This document shows, one piece after another, positions 10,616 to 20,296 of a stretch of DNA of 64,000 bases. The notes below the pieces were generated by a model. The model did no database searches, had not been told where the DNA came from, and was given only the letters and a program-made list of their open reading frames with translations. The first letter of the stretch is position 1. Every line of letters begins with the position of its first letter. The stretch lies in the NCBI GenBank assembly GCA_963755915.1, contig CAVWLP010000002.1, forward strand, positions 416,001-480,000, given 5' to 3'. Position numbers and translations under genes: made by a program. This DNA is from an uncultured Phycisphaerales bacterium (GTDB lineage: Bacteria > Planctomycetota > Phycisphaerae > Tepidisphaerales > Tepidisphaeraceae).

Positions 10616-12832
10616 TCAATGGAATGCTGTTGGCCGAGTGGTGGGGGCGATGGGACGCATCTCGATCACGCCCGGATCATAATCGATGATGCAGCTGTCC
10701 GCATATTCTTTGCCCGCGCGCATTCCGACGGCCTGAACAAGATTTTTGCCTCGCGCCAGGGTGATATCTGGCCAGACGAATACGCAGTCGTCGCCGGTCT
10801 TCGAGCCCAGCGACACGCCGTTCAACCTCAACTCCACCGAATCGCAATTGGAATAAACCTTGAAGGGCCCCTTCGCCACGTTGCGCGGCGAGTATCGACG
10901 GTCGGTGATGTATATCACCGGATCGCTCGACCAATTTGCCTTGTAAAAATAGAAAGCGTCCTTCTTCGTCTTGCGGTCGTAGGTGACAAGCCCCTTGTCA
11001 TTGCGGCCCAGGTGATCCCCCTCGTGCCGGTTGTCGACCGCGAAGTCGAACATGTTCCACAAAAACGTGCCCCACAGATAGGGCCGATCCTTCATCGCCT
11101 TATATGCCGCCTCGTGAACGACACCCTGCCATTCCTCCGGATGCCAGAACGAAACGGTCTGAGGCTGGCGCGGATCGATCTCATGCTCGTAAACGCTCGC
11201 CCCCGCGCCGTATTCGCTGATGGCGATGGCATGGCCCGCCATGCTCTGGTGCAGCGAATCAAGACCCTGCGGCCAGGCGGCAATCGTATCGCTGTACCAC
11301 CCGTAATACCGGTTAAATCCAATGACGTCCGTCACAAGGTTCAGCGGGATCGGCCCCTTGCCGGCCAGGGTCGCCGCCGTCGTCAGCCGGGTCGGATCCA
11401 GCGCGTGCGCTTCGTCGTTCAGTGCCTTCACGACTGCAACTTCGCGGTCAATCATACGCTTTGCCGCGGCCGCGCTCTGCCCATTATTCGGCCCCGCGTG
11501 CAGCTCATTGAACAGCGACCAGAAACAGATCGACGGATGGTTATAACTTTGCTTGATGAGCTCCCGAAGCTGCTGAAGAGCCGTGTCTTCAAAGCCCTGA
11601 GAATTTCCCACTTCATTCACCATCGACGATTCCGCCCAGACCACCAGCCCGCCACGGTCGCACAGATCGTAAAAGTCCTGCGCGTGCTGATAGTGCGCCA
11701 GGCGGATGCCGGTGCATCCCATCTCCATGATCAAATCGAAATCCTCCTGCTGCTCGCGCGAAGTGATGGCCCATCCCATGTCAATGCGGTCCTGGTGGCG
11801 ATTCACCCCATGCAGCGGATACGGCTGGCCGTTGAGGAGAAATCCGCGGTCGGGATCGCAGGCGAAGAAACGAATTCCCACCGGCTGAATCACGCGGTCC
11901 ACCAGCTTCGATCCCTGCCGCAGGGAAACCTGGACGTGATAAAGATAGGGATCAATTCGCCCGTTCCAGAGATGGGGATGATCGACGCTGAGCGTCTGCA
12001 CATCGTCGGTGTTTCCGCCTGGATCAAGACTCCGCTGCCCCGACGCCGACTGAACCACGGCGCCGTTTGCATCCAGCAATTCACAGCTCACGTCAACCAG
12101 CCCGGCTCCCTGACCGCTGTTGCGAAGCTTCGTCGTCACCTGCAAATCGGCATGATCGGCGCTCACGTTCGTTTCTCTGACATAAACCCCCGGCGAGGCA
12201 TCATCCACGGGACTGATGCAAACCGGATTCAGCGCCAGCATCCATACCTCGCGGTAGAGCCCGCCAAACATCGTGAAATCTCCCGACAGCGGCGGAATCG
12301 TCGAATCTCTCCTGTTGGTCACTCGCAGCGCGATCACATTGTCGCCGCTCGGGTCGAGCAACGGCGTGATGTCGTAACAAAACGCCGAGAAAAATCCCTT
12401 GTGGTCCGGCCCCGCCGGCTTCCCATTGACATAAACCCACGCATGGCTCCCCGCCGCTCCGAAATGCAGATAGATCGACTTCCCTTGCAGGGCCGACCCG
12501 ATCGTCAGACGCCGCCGATACCACGCCGGGCCGCGATAATAATTATCGCCGCCATCTTCCCCGTCGAGATTATTCCAGGTGTGCGGCAGGTTCACCGCTT
12601 CCCACGCTGAATCGTCAAAATCCGGCTGCTGTGCCCCATCGACGTCCTGCCGGATGAATTTCCAGCCGGCATCCAGATTCACAGCCATGCGCGGCGAGAC
12701 GAAGGCCTCAATGCCCAACTGCTGAAGCTGGGCCGGTTTCACCCCTCCAACGCCCGAGGCGCATCCGCACAAACCCGCGACGAAAACGACCAACCCCACC
12801 AAAGCCACGATTCGGTGAACCAGATCCTGCAT
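10616..12832 (-). CDS. Glycoside hydrolase family 2 (beta-galactosidase-like), probable lipoprotein or secreted
   Basis: LHGVNRHQD, IRLAHYQH, NHPSICFWSLFNE (acid/base), ISEYGAG (nucleophile), NDKGLVT; N-terminal hydrophobic stretch ending LCGC. Confidence 0.92.
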   Translation of the reverse strand: MQDLVHRIVALVGLVVFVAGLCGCASGVGGVKPAQLQQLGIEAFVSPRMAVNLDAGWKFIRQDVDGAQQPDFDDSAWEAVNLPHTWNNLDGEDGGDNYYRGPAWYRRRLTIGSALQGKSIYLHFGAAGSHAWVYVNGKPAGPDHKGFFSAFCYDITPLLDPSGDNVIALRVTNRRDSTIPPLSGDFTMFGGLYREVWMLALNPVCISPVDDASPGVYVRETNVSADHADLQVTTKLRNSGQGAGLVDVSCELLDANGAVVQSASGQRSLDPGGNTDDVQTLSVDHPHLWNGRIDPYLYHVQVSLRQGSKLVDRVIQPVGIRFFACDPDRGFLLNGQPYPLHGVNRHQDRIDMGWAITSREQQEDFDLIMEMGCTGIRLAHYQHAQDFYDLCDRGGLVVWAESSMVNEVGNSQGFEDTALQQLRELIKQSYNHPSICFWSLFNELHAGPNNGQSAAAAKRMIDREVAVVKALNDEAHALDPTRLTTAATLAGKGPIPLNLVTDVIGFNRYYGWYSDTIAAWPQGLDSLHQSMAGHAIAISEYGAGASVYEHEIDPRQPQTVSFWHPEEWQGVVHEAAYKAMKDRPYLWGTFLWNMFDFAVDNRHEGDHLGRNDKGLVTYDRKTKKDAFYFYKANWSSDPVIYITDRRYSPRNVAKGPFKVYSNCDSVELRLNGVSLGSKTGDDCVFVWPDITLARGKNLVQAVGMRAGKEYADSCIIDYDPGVIEMRPIAPTTRPTAFH

Positions 12833-13005
12833 AACGCTCCATCCGCAAGCGGCAAGGACCACCAATATCGAGACCGCGGCGGTCGAACGCAACCCCGCAC
12901 GTTTATCGGTCGTACGCAAGCTGATTATCGCACCCCGCTTTTTTACCGATACCACCTTAAGAAAACTGCAAATTTGATGGGGCGGGAATGCAGGAGAAGC
13001 TGCCA

Positions 13006-13896
13006 ATGCCCCAGCGGATTTTGCTCATCGACGACTCAAAGGCGATTCACGCCCTGCTCGCTTCCCGGCTCAGCGACGAACCGGTCACGCTGACATCGGC
13101 ATATACCGGTCAGGAAGGCCTCGCCGCCGCGCGAAAGTTCACTCCCGATCTGATTCTCCTCGACGCGGATTTGCCGGATGCCTCCGCGATCGAGGTTTGC
13201 CGTCAGCTCAAGAGCGATGTAACCACCGCTGAAATCCCGGTGATTTTCCTCGCCAGCGCGGCATCGCCGGACGATCGCATTTACGATCCCCAGGTCGGCG
13301 CGGCCGATTTCATCAATAAGCCCTTCAACTTCGCCGAACTGAAAGCGCGAATCAGTTCCGCGCTGCAAACGCGCGAGTCTGTCGACGGCCCTGAATCGGG
13401 CCCTCGAATCGACGGCGCCAGCGGCCTGTGGAACCGCGCCTATTTCGATCAGCGATTCTGCCAGGAGCTTTCCCTCGCCCGCCGAACCGGCAACCCGCTG
13501 ACATGCATCCTCGCCGATATCGACAATTTCGCCTCGATCAACGAAACCTATGGCCGCGCCTTCGGCGACGAAGTCCTCACCCGCGTCGCGGCCGCCCTCA
13601 GCGACGCCACGCGCCTCGAAGACGACGTCTGCCGCTTCGGCTCCGACGAATTCATCATTCTCTGCCCCTGCACCGATCGCGCCGGCACGGAATCGATGAT
13701 TCAATGCTGCAGCGAAGCCCTCGCCGCGATGGACCTGAAATGCGAGGGCCACCCCGTCCCCATCACCTGCACCTTCGGCGCAGCCGAGGACGACGGGCGA
13801 AAAATGTCGCTGATCGAGCAGGCTCAGAGAGCTTTGCAGGAAGCCAAGCTCGGCGAGCATCACCGCGAACCCGCGATGTCGGGCCGTTCACACTAA
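13006..13896 (+). CDS. Response regulator receiver + GGDEF domain protein (degenerate GSDEF)
   Basis: [35 protein letters not shown]...GDEVL, RFGSDEF. Confidence 0.88.
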   Translation: MPQRILLIDDSKAIHALLASRLSDEPVTLTSAYTGQEGLAAARKFTPDLILLDADLPDASAIEVCRQLKSDVTTAEIPVIFLASAASPDDRIYDPQVGAADFINKPFNFAELKARISSALQTRESVDGPESGPRIDGASGLWNRAYFDQRFCQELSLARRTGNPLTCILADIDNFASINETYGRAFGDEVLTRVAAALSDATRLEDDVCRFGSDEFIILCPCTDRAGTESMIQCCSEALAAMDLKCEGHPVPITCTFGAAEDDGRKMSLIEQAQRALQEAKLGEHHREPAMSGRSH

Positions 13897-14665
13897 CTCA
13901 ACTTCATCGCCGACATAAAGCGTCTTCCCCGCCTGTTCCGCCGGCATGATCGTGTTCACGGCCAGCCGATAAAAGTGATTGAACCGCGACTGCTCCGCCC
14001 AGCCTGGCAGCATTTCCTTCCGCTTCTCAGCGAAGATTTTCGCAAACTGCGGGTCGTTCTGCCCAGTAAACGGATCGCGCGGCGGAACCACGCACCGCTG
14101 GCAGGGGTTGTTCCCGTCGATCAGGCATTCCCCGATCCGAAACCGCACCAGCGAACCCTTCGCAGCATAAAGCCGGTCTTCCCAGAACGGCGGCACCCCG
14201 CCGATTTCCAAATTCGCCCGAAAACGGATCCGCACCTGCCGAACGTCCAGCGGCCCAAACCAGCTTGCCACTTCGGCAAGCGTGGCTGTCGAAATCACCG
14301 TCGGCCCCGGGCAATCCAGGTCATCCGGAAAGCCCACTTCATCGTTCCGCCGCAGCCAGACCGGGACGCCAAAAAATTCCGTCAGCCAGACATCGATCTT
14401 GTCGCGCTGCTGCTCGACGTGAAAGGCGGCCGTCAGACCGGTTTCCGCTCGGCCAAGGCGCAGGATTTGCGTCACCGGGTCGAACGAAGATCTCATCAGG
14501 TGAACCAGCGCATAGCGCTTGCCGTTCACGAATTTCCCCTCGGAATCAAACATGCCGAAGGTGCGGTCCCCCTCCAGCGCCGCTGCGCAGAAGCCGGGCG
14601 CTGGGAACAGAAACCGGTTCCATCGACTTCACCGGATAGATCGAAATGCTCGCGAGGTGGGGCAA
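13888..14665 (-). CDS. MOSC domain protein (YcbX/mARC-like), frameshift near 14580
   Basis: TTG start gives MPHLASISIYPVKS...; continues in ORF 13888..14553 with RFRANL, FWED, PCQRCVVP. Confidence 0.85.
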
Positions 14666-14743
14666 TTGATATTTTGATGGGCTGGGCCCGGCCACGGGCG
14701 ATCATGATCGCCGCCGGCCAAAATCCATTCAAGCAAAAAGATG

Positions 14744-15565
14744 TCACAGCACGCTGACGGCATCACCGACGCGAACCGTACCACCCTGGACGACGGACGC
14801 ATAAACGCCGACCCGCACTTCGTTGGTTTTCGCCGCCGCCCTGAGAATGCCCGGATCCTTCGGCAGATCGGCCTGCGCCAGCGTCGTCATCACGCATCGC
14901 GGGCAGGGGCCTGTGACCTGAATTTTCACCTCCGGCCCGATCGCCAGCGTCTTGCCTATCCAGCCGTTTTCCACGAATTCCTTCTTATCTCCCGTGCCAA
15001 TGATGAGATTCGGCCGGAACCGGCGGGGCTCAAACCGCCCGGCGGGATAGGCCTCCCGCAACTTCTCCAATGTCCCCGTCGTCAGCACGTGAAGAATCGC
15101 CAGGTCGAAGAACGTTCCCGGCGGCATCGCCTCGTCCGTCACCACGTCACGGTTCGAAAGCTCAGCCATATCCGGCCAGTATTCCTCAAGCTGCGCCCCC
15201 TGCGGCGGCGCTTCCAGAAGCGAAACTGTCCTGCCCAGCGCCTCTGAAATTGTGCTCGCGAAATCGGAACTGGAGCTGAGGGTATACCGTCCATCGGGAA
15301 GCTGAACCCGAACCGCCGGAAGCGCCGAGGAAGATTCCGGCGGATTCACATACGCCGCGCAATACGTAAACAGATTGGGCCATTTTTTCGGGTTCTTCGC
15401 GCTGACGATCTTCTGCGTTTCGCTGTCGCACAACGCATAAGCGCGATCGCCAAACAATCCGCGCGGGGTAATCTTCGCCGCGTTCAGTTCCTCCCCCATC
15501 ATCGACTTCACCGGATAACGGTGAAGGCTTGCCACACTCCCCTCGCAAGCAAGAGCGCTCGACAT
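14744..15565 (-). CDS. MOSC domain protein (MOSC_N + MOSC)
   Basis: LHRYPVKSMMGE, GDRAYAL, RRFRPNL, PCPRCVMTT, GVYASVVQGG. Confidence 0.92.
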   Translation of the reverse strand: MSSALACEGSVASLHRYPVKSMMGEELNAAKITPRGLFGDRAYALCDSETQKIVSAKNPKKWPNLFTYCAAYVNPPESSSALPAVRVQLPDGRYTLSSSSDFASTISEALGRTVSLLEAPPQGAQLEEYWPDMAELSNRDVVTDEAMPPGTFFDLAILHVLTTGTLEKLREAYPAGRFEPRRFRPNLIIGTGDKKEFVENGWIGKTLAIGPEVKIQVTGPCPRCVMTTLAQADLPKDPGILRAAAKTNEVRVGVYASVVQGGTVRVGDAVSVL

Positions 15566-15631
15566 CTGATCTCCCTTCGATCTGATATTTGATTGGAATG
15601 ACGCCTATTGCAGGGCGGACAAACAATCGCA

Positions 15632-15672
15632 TGCGCCGACGGCGTCGTTTTCACGCGAACGCCGTCGGCGCA
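15632..15672. other. Perfect 14-bp stem hairpin between the APC permease and first MOSC gene
   Basis: tgcgccgacggcgt ... acgccgtcggcgca. Confidence 0.7.
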
Positions 15673-15691
15673 AGTGGCAACAGATCAAACC

Positions 15692-17229
15692 TTACGCCAT
15701 CGCCGGCGTGGCATCCGACGGTGTCGCAGGCGTCGAGGCCGTTAACTGCGGCATGGCCATCATGTTCGCGTCCAGCACCTGCCGCACGCCGTCAAATTCA
15801 GCCTTGCTGCGCCGGCGGACAAACGTGATAATCCCGCCCGCCAGCAGATAAGCGCCAAACACCCACGGCATGATATTCATCGGCGGACTGAGCGGCACCG
15901 GCCAGACCAGACCGACGATCGGCACCAGCAGCAGAATCAGCGCCCCGACCGACAGGAAAATGTGGTGCGCCTTGAGCTGGCCGACCTTATAAAGGAAAAA
16001 CGGCGTCGCCAGCGAGATGCCCACATATCCGCCGCAGAATCCCATCGCTCCCAGCGTTCCCGCGTTGTTGAACAAATCCAACGGCACGCCCATCTGAAGC
16101 GCGTTCCAGCCCCCCGCATAAATCGCCAGCATAAAGCCCGTGGGAATCAGGAACTGGAGAAGGGCAAACGACGCGATCGCCACGTGCGGCGTCAGGTTCA
16201 GCTTGTGCGAGCTGCCGACCGAGATCGGGAAGATTCCGTAACGGGCCATCGAGAAGACAATGCGCGACCCGGAATTCAGGCACGACAGCGCCAGCGCGAA
16301 GAAGCTGATCATCGCGCCGCATTCGATCACGATGCCCATCCACGCCAGGTTCATGTTCTGCGCCAGCGTCGTCAGCGGAGCCGGAAGCTGGTCGAGCGTC
16401 GGGTTGTTGGTCGCCAGCGCGTGCGTTTCGACATACGTGATGAACACAAAAAACGACCCGGTAAACAGCAGGCTTGCGATCACCGCGCGGGGATGGTCAC
16501 CAGCGGCTTCTTGGCCTCTTCGCCAAATGCCGTGGCGCATTCGAATCCAACGCCGCTGAAGATCGCCACCACCACGCCCAGGCCCAAGGGCCGCATGATG
16601 TCTTTGAAGCCCATCCCGGCGAAGCAGTGATACTGGTTGGTATCGATCACCCCATATTTCCCGCAGGCAATGAGCGCCAGAATGGTGATGACCAACACCG
16701 AAATGCCTTCCATCGCCAGCATCAGCAGCGCCGAAAGCGTGATGTCTTTGTAAGCCAGGAACCACGCCGTGAACATGCATATCGCAAACAGCGTGATCCA
16801 CGGGTGCGAGAGATATCCCGTCGCCCCCGCCTGCGTGAGCAGCATCGAGGCGAAGTGGGTGAAGCCCGTCACGCCGGCGATGCCGATGAACATATACGCC
16901 CAGGCAAGCGACCACCCGGCCACCCCACCGGCCGTCGGCCCAATCCCTTTGACGGTATATTCATACATACTCCCCGCCGATGTGTAGCGCTTGGCAAACT
17001 GGTTCAGGTTCAGCGCCACGAACAGAAGCATGATGGTTCCGAACGTGTAGCACAGCCACCCCGCGTTTGCGGCAGTCGAAAACATCAGCGGCACGATTAA
17101 CGCCGCCGTCATGCTCGGGGAAATCAACGCCATCGCGTGCGCGGAGACCTCCCAGAAATTCAAAGCATTATGCTTTAGCTTGGTGTGAGTTTTCTTGACC
17201 GTTTCTACGTAGCCAGCGACGTCGCTCAT
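15692..17229 (-). CDS. APC family amino acid/amine permease, frameshift near 16490
   Basis: Multiple TM segments, SAGSMYEY, GVGFECATAFGEEAKKP, LNSGSRIVFSMAR...TPH; ORFs 16480..17244 and 15692..16915. Confidence 0.9.
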
Positions 17230-17394
17230 GGCGGACTCCTGCAATAAACCTCACCTGACGTCGCGTGAGCGAACCGCGCGCGGCAGCACCGTGCTGCCTC
17301 GCGAAGACACGCGAGCCTTCCTCTTCCGCCGACTGCTCGTTCAGACGTTTCCCTTTTTCCACCGCATCGGGAGCCGCTCTGTAATCCGCCGGGC

Positions 17395-18021
17395 TTACCC
17401 TACAAGCTCGGCTTTCATTTCTGCCGTCTCCCGACGGGAATTGAGCGTGGTTGGTATGGTGCACGCGACCAGAATGACCTCGGCATCCTTCCCCCCGCCG
17501 GCATCGAGCCGATGGGGAAGACGCGAATCAAAATGCGCCGCATCTCCGGGTTCCAGGTCGTACTGCTTCTCGTTGACATGGAGCTTCAAACTGCCTGATA
17601 AAACGTAAATCCATTCCTCCCCATCATGCTGATAGCGCTCGGCGCCAGGCCGCTGGGGCGAAACCGTAATCCGCATCGGCTGCACGTTGAACCGCGATAT
17701 GCCCGAAAGCGGCGTATACGAAATCCCATTTCCGCGCCGAACCCCCATGCTCTCCCGCCGGACGATGATGCACCCCTCATCCTCCGGCCGAAGCTCAAAA
17801 AGGCTCCCCATCGGCACGTTAAACACCCGGGCCAGCGTCAGCACCGCCGCGATCGAAGGCTGCCGGTTCCCGCTTTCCAGCCGCGATAGAAACGGCTTGG
17901 AAAGCCCACTACGCTCAGCCAACTCCTCGAGCGTCCAATCCCGGGCCGCCCTTAACTCTTTTAGCCGCTCACCCAACATCATGAGCTCCGGTGCCTCGCG
18001 TGGTTCAACCTCTTCTCCCAT
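17395..18021 (-). CDS. XRE family HTH + cupin transcriptional regulator
   Basis: LGERLKELR..WTLEELAERSGLSKPFLSRLESGNRQPS; cupin HDGEEWIYVLSG...FDSRLPH. Confidence 0.92.
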   Translation of the reverse strand: MGEEVEPREAPELMMLGERLKELRAARDWTLEELAERSGLSKPFLSRLESGNRQPSIAAVLTLARVFNVPMGSLFELRPEDEGCIIVRRESMGVRRGNGISYTPLSGISRFNVQPMRITVSPQRPGAERYQHDGEEWIYVLSGSLKLHVNEKQYDLEPGDAAHFDSRLPHRLDAGGGKDAEVILVACTIPTTLNSRRETAEMKAELVG

Positions 18022-18041
18022 GGGCGGGACTATTTACCCGA

Positions 18042-18083
18042 TTTGTTGCCTGCTAAGCAACAAAAAAATTGCCTGAGAGACAA
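18042..18083. promoter_or_regulatory. Probable operator: palindrome plus second related site upstream of the XRE regulator
   Basis: tttgttgc-N7-gcaacaaa (18042-18064); core TTGCCTGctaagCAA recurs as TTGCCTGagagaCAA (18069-18083). Confidence 0.6.
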
Positions 18084-18183
18084 AATAATCCATAAATCAC
18101 TCGAAAATGATATTTAAGTCTGTCGATATGGCAACAAAACCAACCGATGAGATTGCCGCACCGGCAACGGACAGCCCCGAAAA

Positions 18184-19359
18184 CTACGCCCGCAGCCGCG
18201 TCTGGATGTTATCCAGGACATTCATGAAGTTGATGTAGCTGTCGTAAGGACTTTCATAAGGACTGAAATACTTGTGCACATCCCCATCCGACCAATATTT
18301 CGTGCACATGTAATAGAAATGATCGCTCGTCGTCAGCATCCGCCAATCCGACAAAAGCTGCGGATCCCCCTTCTCCTTCAGCGGGCCCTCCAGTTTGTAC
18401 AGCTCATGCAAGGCGTTCGACTGCATCGCGTTCCCCAGCCATGCCGACAGATCCCGCTCCGTGTCCGCCCATGAAATCATGTTCGGCACGTCGATCTCCC
18501 CCACCGCCTCATATTTATCCACCACCTGGCTCGGCGTCAGGAAGCTATTGTCGCGATGCTCCATGATCTTACCCGGCACATGGTGCATGAAATCAAAAAT
18601 TCCCGTGTCCGCCCACTGATGCTCCCCGAATGTTTCGTAATCCATGAACAGGTTGCAGATAAACCCATTGCCGTTGATCTGGTTCACCCACGCGGCAAAC
18701 TTCTCCGCCGTCAGCGGCCACTGCTCCCAGCTCCGATTCGAAAACCGAAACGCAATGTCGTCGCTCAGCCGGAAATTCTTCAGCAGCAGCTTCAGCTTGG
18801 GCGCGTGCGGCGGGTGATAAACAAAATTCGGGCTCCGATACCCCAGAATATGATCCGCACCCTCCGCCAGCACCGCTTCATACCCCATGTGGCTCACGAA
18901 ATGCGCCACATCGTTGTTGTAAATCAGTTCCGTATTTCGGAAAACCCGCGGCTGCTGCCCGAAAAGCTCCTTGATCTTCTGCCGATGCAGTTCCACCTGC
19001 GCCCGGAATTCCTCCCGCGAATACATGAACGCCAGCGAGTGGTAGTACGTCTCATCCAGAAACTCCACGCACCCCGTCTTATTGAGCTCGTGAAACGAAT
19101 CCATCACCTCCGGCACATATTGCTGGATCTGGTCCAGGGCCGTGCCGGTAATCGAATAGGCAATCCGGAACCGCCCCTCGTGAACCCGGATCGTATCCAG
19201 CAGCGTCCGGTTCGCCGGCAGGTAACACTTGTGCGCCACCTTCCGGCAAATCTCCGCGTTCTTGTGATCGTCGAAATAATGCCGGTCCGTGTCGAAAACG
19301 CTATAGCGCCGCAGCCGCATCGGCTGGTGAACCTGAAAATAAAAACAAACCGACGCCAT
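18184..19359 (-). CDS. Glycoside hydrolase family 57 (alpha-amylase-like)
   Basis: FQVHQP, ETYYHSL, FRNTELIY, MDYETFGEHQ, SWADTERDLSAWLGN, SDHFYYM. Confidence 0.92.
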   Translation of the reverse strand: MASVCFYFQVHQPMRLRRYSVFDTDRHYFDDHKNAEICRKVAHKCYLPANRTLLDTIRVHEGRFRIAYSITGTALDQIQQYVPEVMDSFHELNKTGCVEFLDETYYHSLAFMYSREEFRAQVELHRQKIKELFGQQPRVFRNTELIYNNDVAHFVSHMGYEAVLAEGADHILGYRSPNFVYHPPHAPKLKLLLKNFRLSDDIAFRFSNRSWEQWPLTAEKFAAWVNQINGNGFICNLFMDYETFGEHQWADTGIFDFMHHVPGKIMEHRDNSFLTPSQVVDKYEAVGEIDVPNMISWADTERDLSAWLGNAMQSNALHELYKLEGPLKEKGDPQLLSDWRMLTTSDHFYYMCTKYWSDGDVHKYFSPYESPYDSYINFMNVLDNIQTRLRA

Positions 19360-19426
19360 ATCGCCTCTAGTAGCTCGGCAGTATACGCAGAGCCCAGTAC
19401 GAATCTATACGCGCAAAACCTGCGGG

Positions 19427-20281
19427 TTATTTTCGCAGGCTGGTGAAATACCGAACCCCAAGGTTCAAGATGAAAATCAGGCTTATCAGCACCAGTATTC
19501 CCGCCCACGCCAGCCCCTGCTCCTCCGGCGTCACCCGCTGCGTACTATAGTCGTATATTTGCTTGGTCAGCGACGGAAATCGGTCGTTCAAATTCCAGGT
19601 AATCGAGTCGTTTCCCAGCGAAGTAAACAGCAGCGGCGCTGTCTCCCCCGCGATCCGCGCGATCGAAAGCATGATCCCGGTAATAATGCTCGCCTTCGCC
19701 GCCGGCAGCACAACCCGCCAGATGGTGTGCGCCTTGGTCCCCCCCAGCCCGATCGATGCCTCGCGATAGCTGTTTGGCACCAGCCGAAGCATCTCTTCGG
19801 TCGTTCTGGCAATGATCGGAATCATAATAAACGCCAGCGCCGCGGCCCCCGCCCAGGCGTTATTCCGATGCACCGGCGCTACCAGCAGCTCGTAGCACAA
19901 AATCCCCACCACAATACTCGGCACCCCCGCCAGCACATCCGCCAGAAACCGCACCACCCCCACGAACATCGACCTGGTGTCATATTCCGCCAGATAAATC
20001 CCCGCCAGCATCCCCACCGGAATCCCCAGCGCACCCGCCAGCGCGATCAAAACCGTCGTCCCCTCCAACCCATTGGCCATCCCCCCCGGAAATCCGGGAT
20101 TCCCCTGCGCAATCGGCTCCTTAATGAAAAACGACAGGCTCAAATGGCTAAACCCAATGCAAAGCAAATACCCCGTAATCAGCACCAGCACGATCAGAAT
20201 GATCGCGGCAAAGGCGATGCACAGCGCGTACATCCCCGCGCTGATCCTTCGCGATAATTGCCTTCTAGCCGCTTCCGTCAT
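19427..20281 (-). CDS. pstA: Phosphate ABC transporter permease PstA
   Basis: GIYLAEY, LAGVPSIVVG, EASIGLGGT, ARIAGETAPLL. Confidence 0.93.
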   Translation of the reverse strand: MTEAARRQLSRRISAGMYALCIAFAAIILIVLVLITGYLLCIGFSHLSLSFFIKEPIAQGNPGFPGGMANGLEGTTVLIALAGALGIPVGMLAGIYLAEYDTRSMFVGVVRFLADVLAGVPSIVVGILCYELLVAPVHRNNAWAGAAALAFIMIPIIARTTEEMLRLVPNSYREASIGLGGTKAHTIWRVVLPAAKASIITGIMLSIARIAGETAPLLFTSLGNDSITWNLNDRFPSLTKQIYDYSTQRVTPEEQGLAWAGILVLISLIFILNLGVRYFTSLRK

Positions 20282-20296
20282 TCGTGAATTCCCCGG

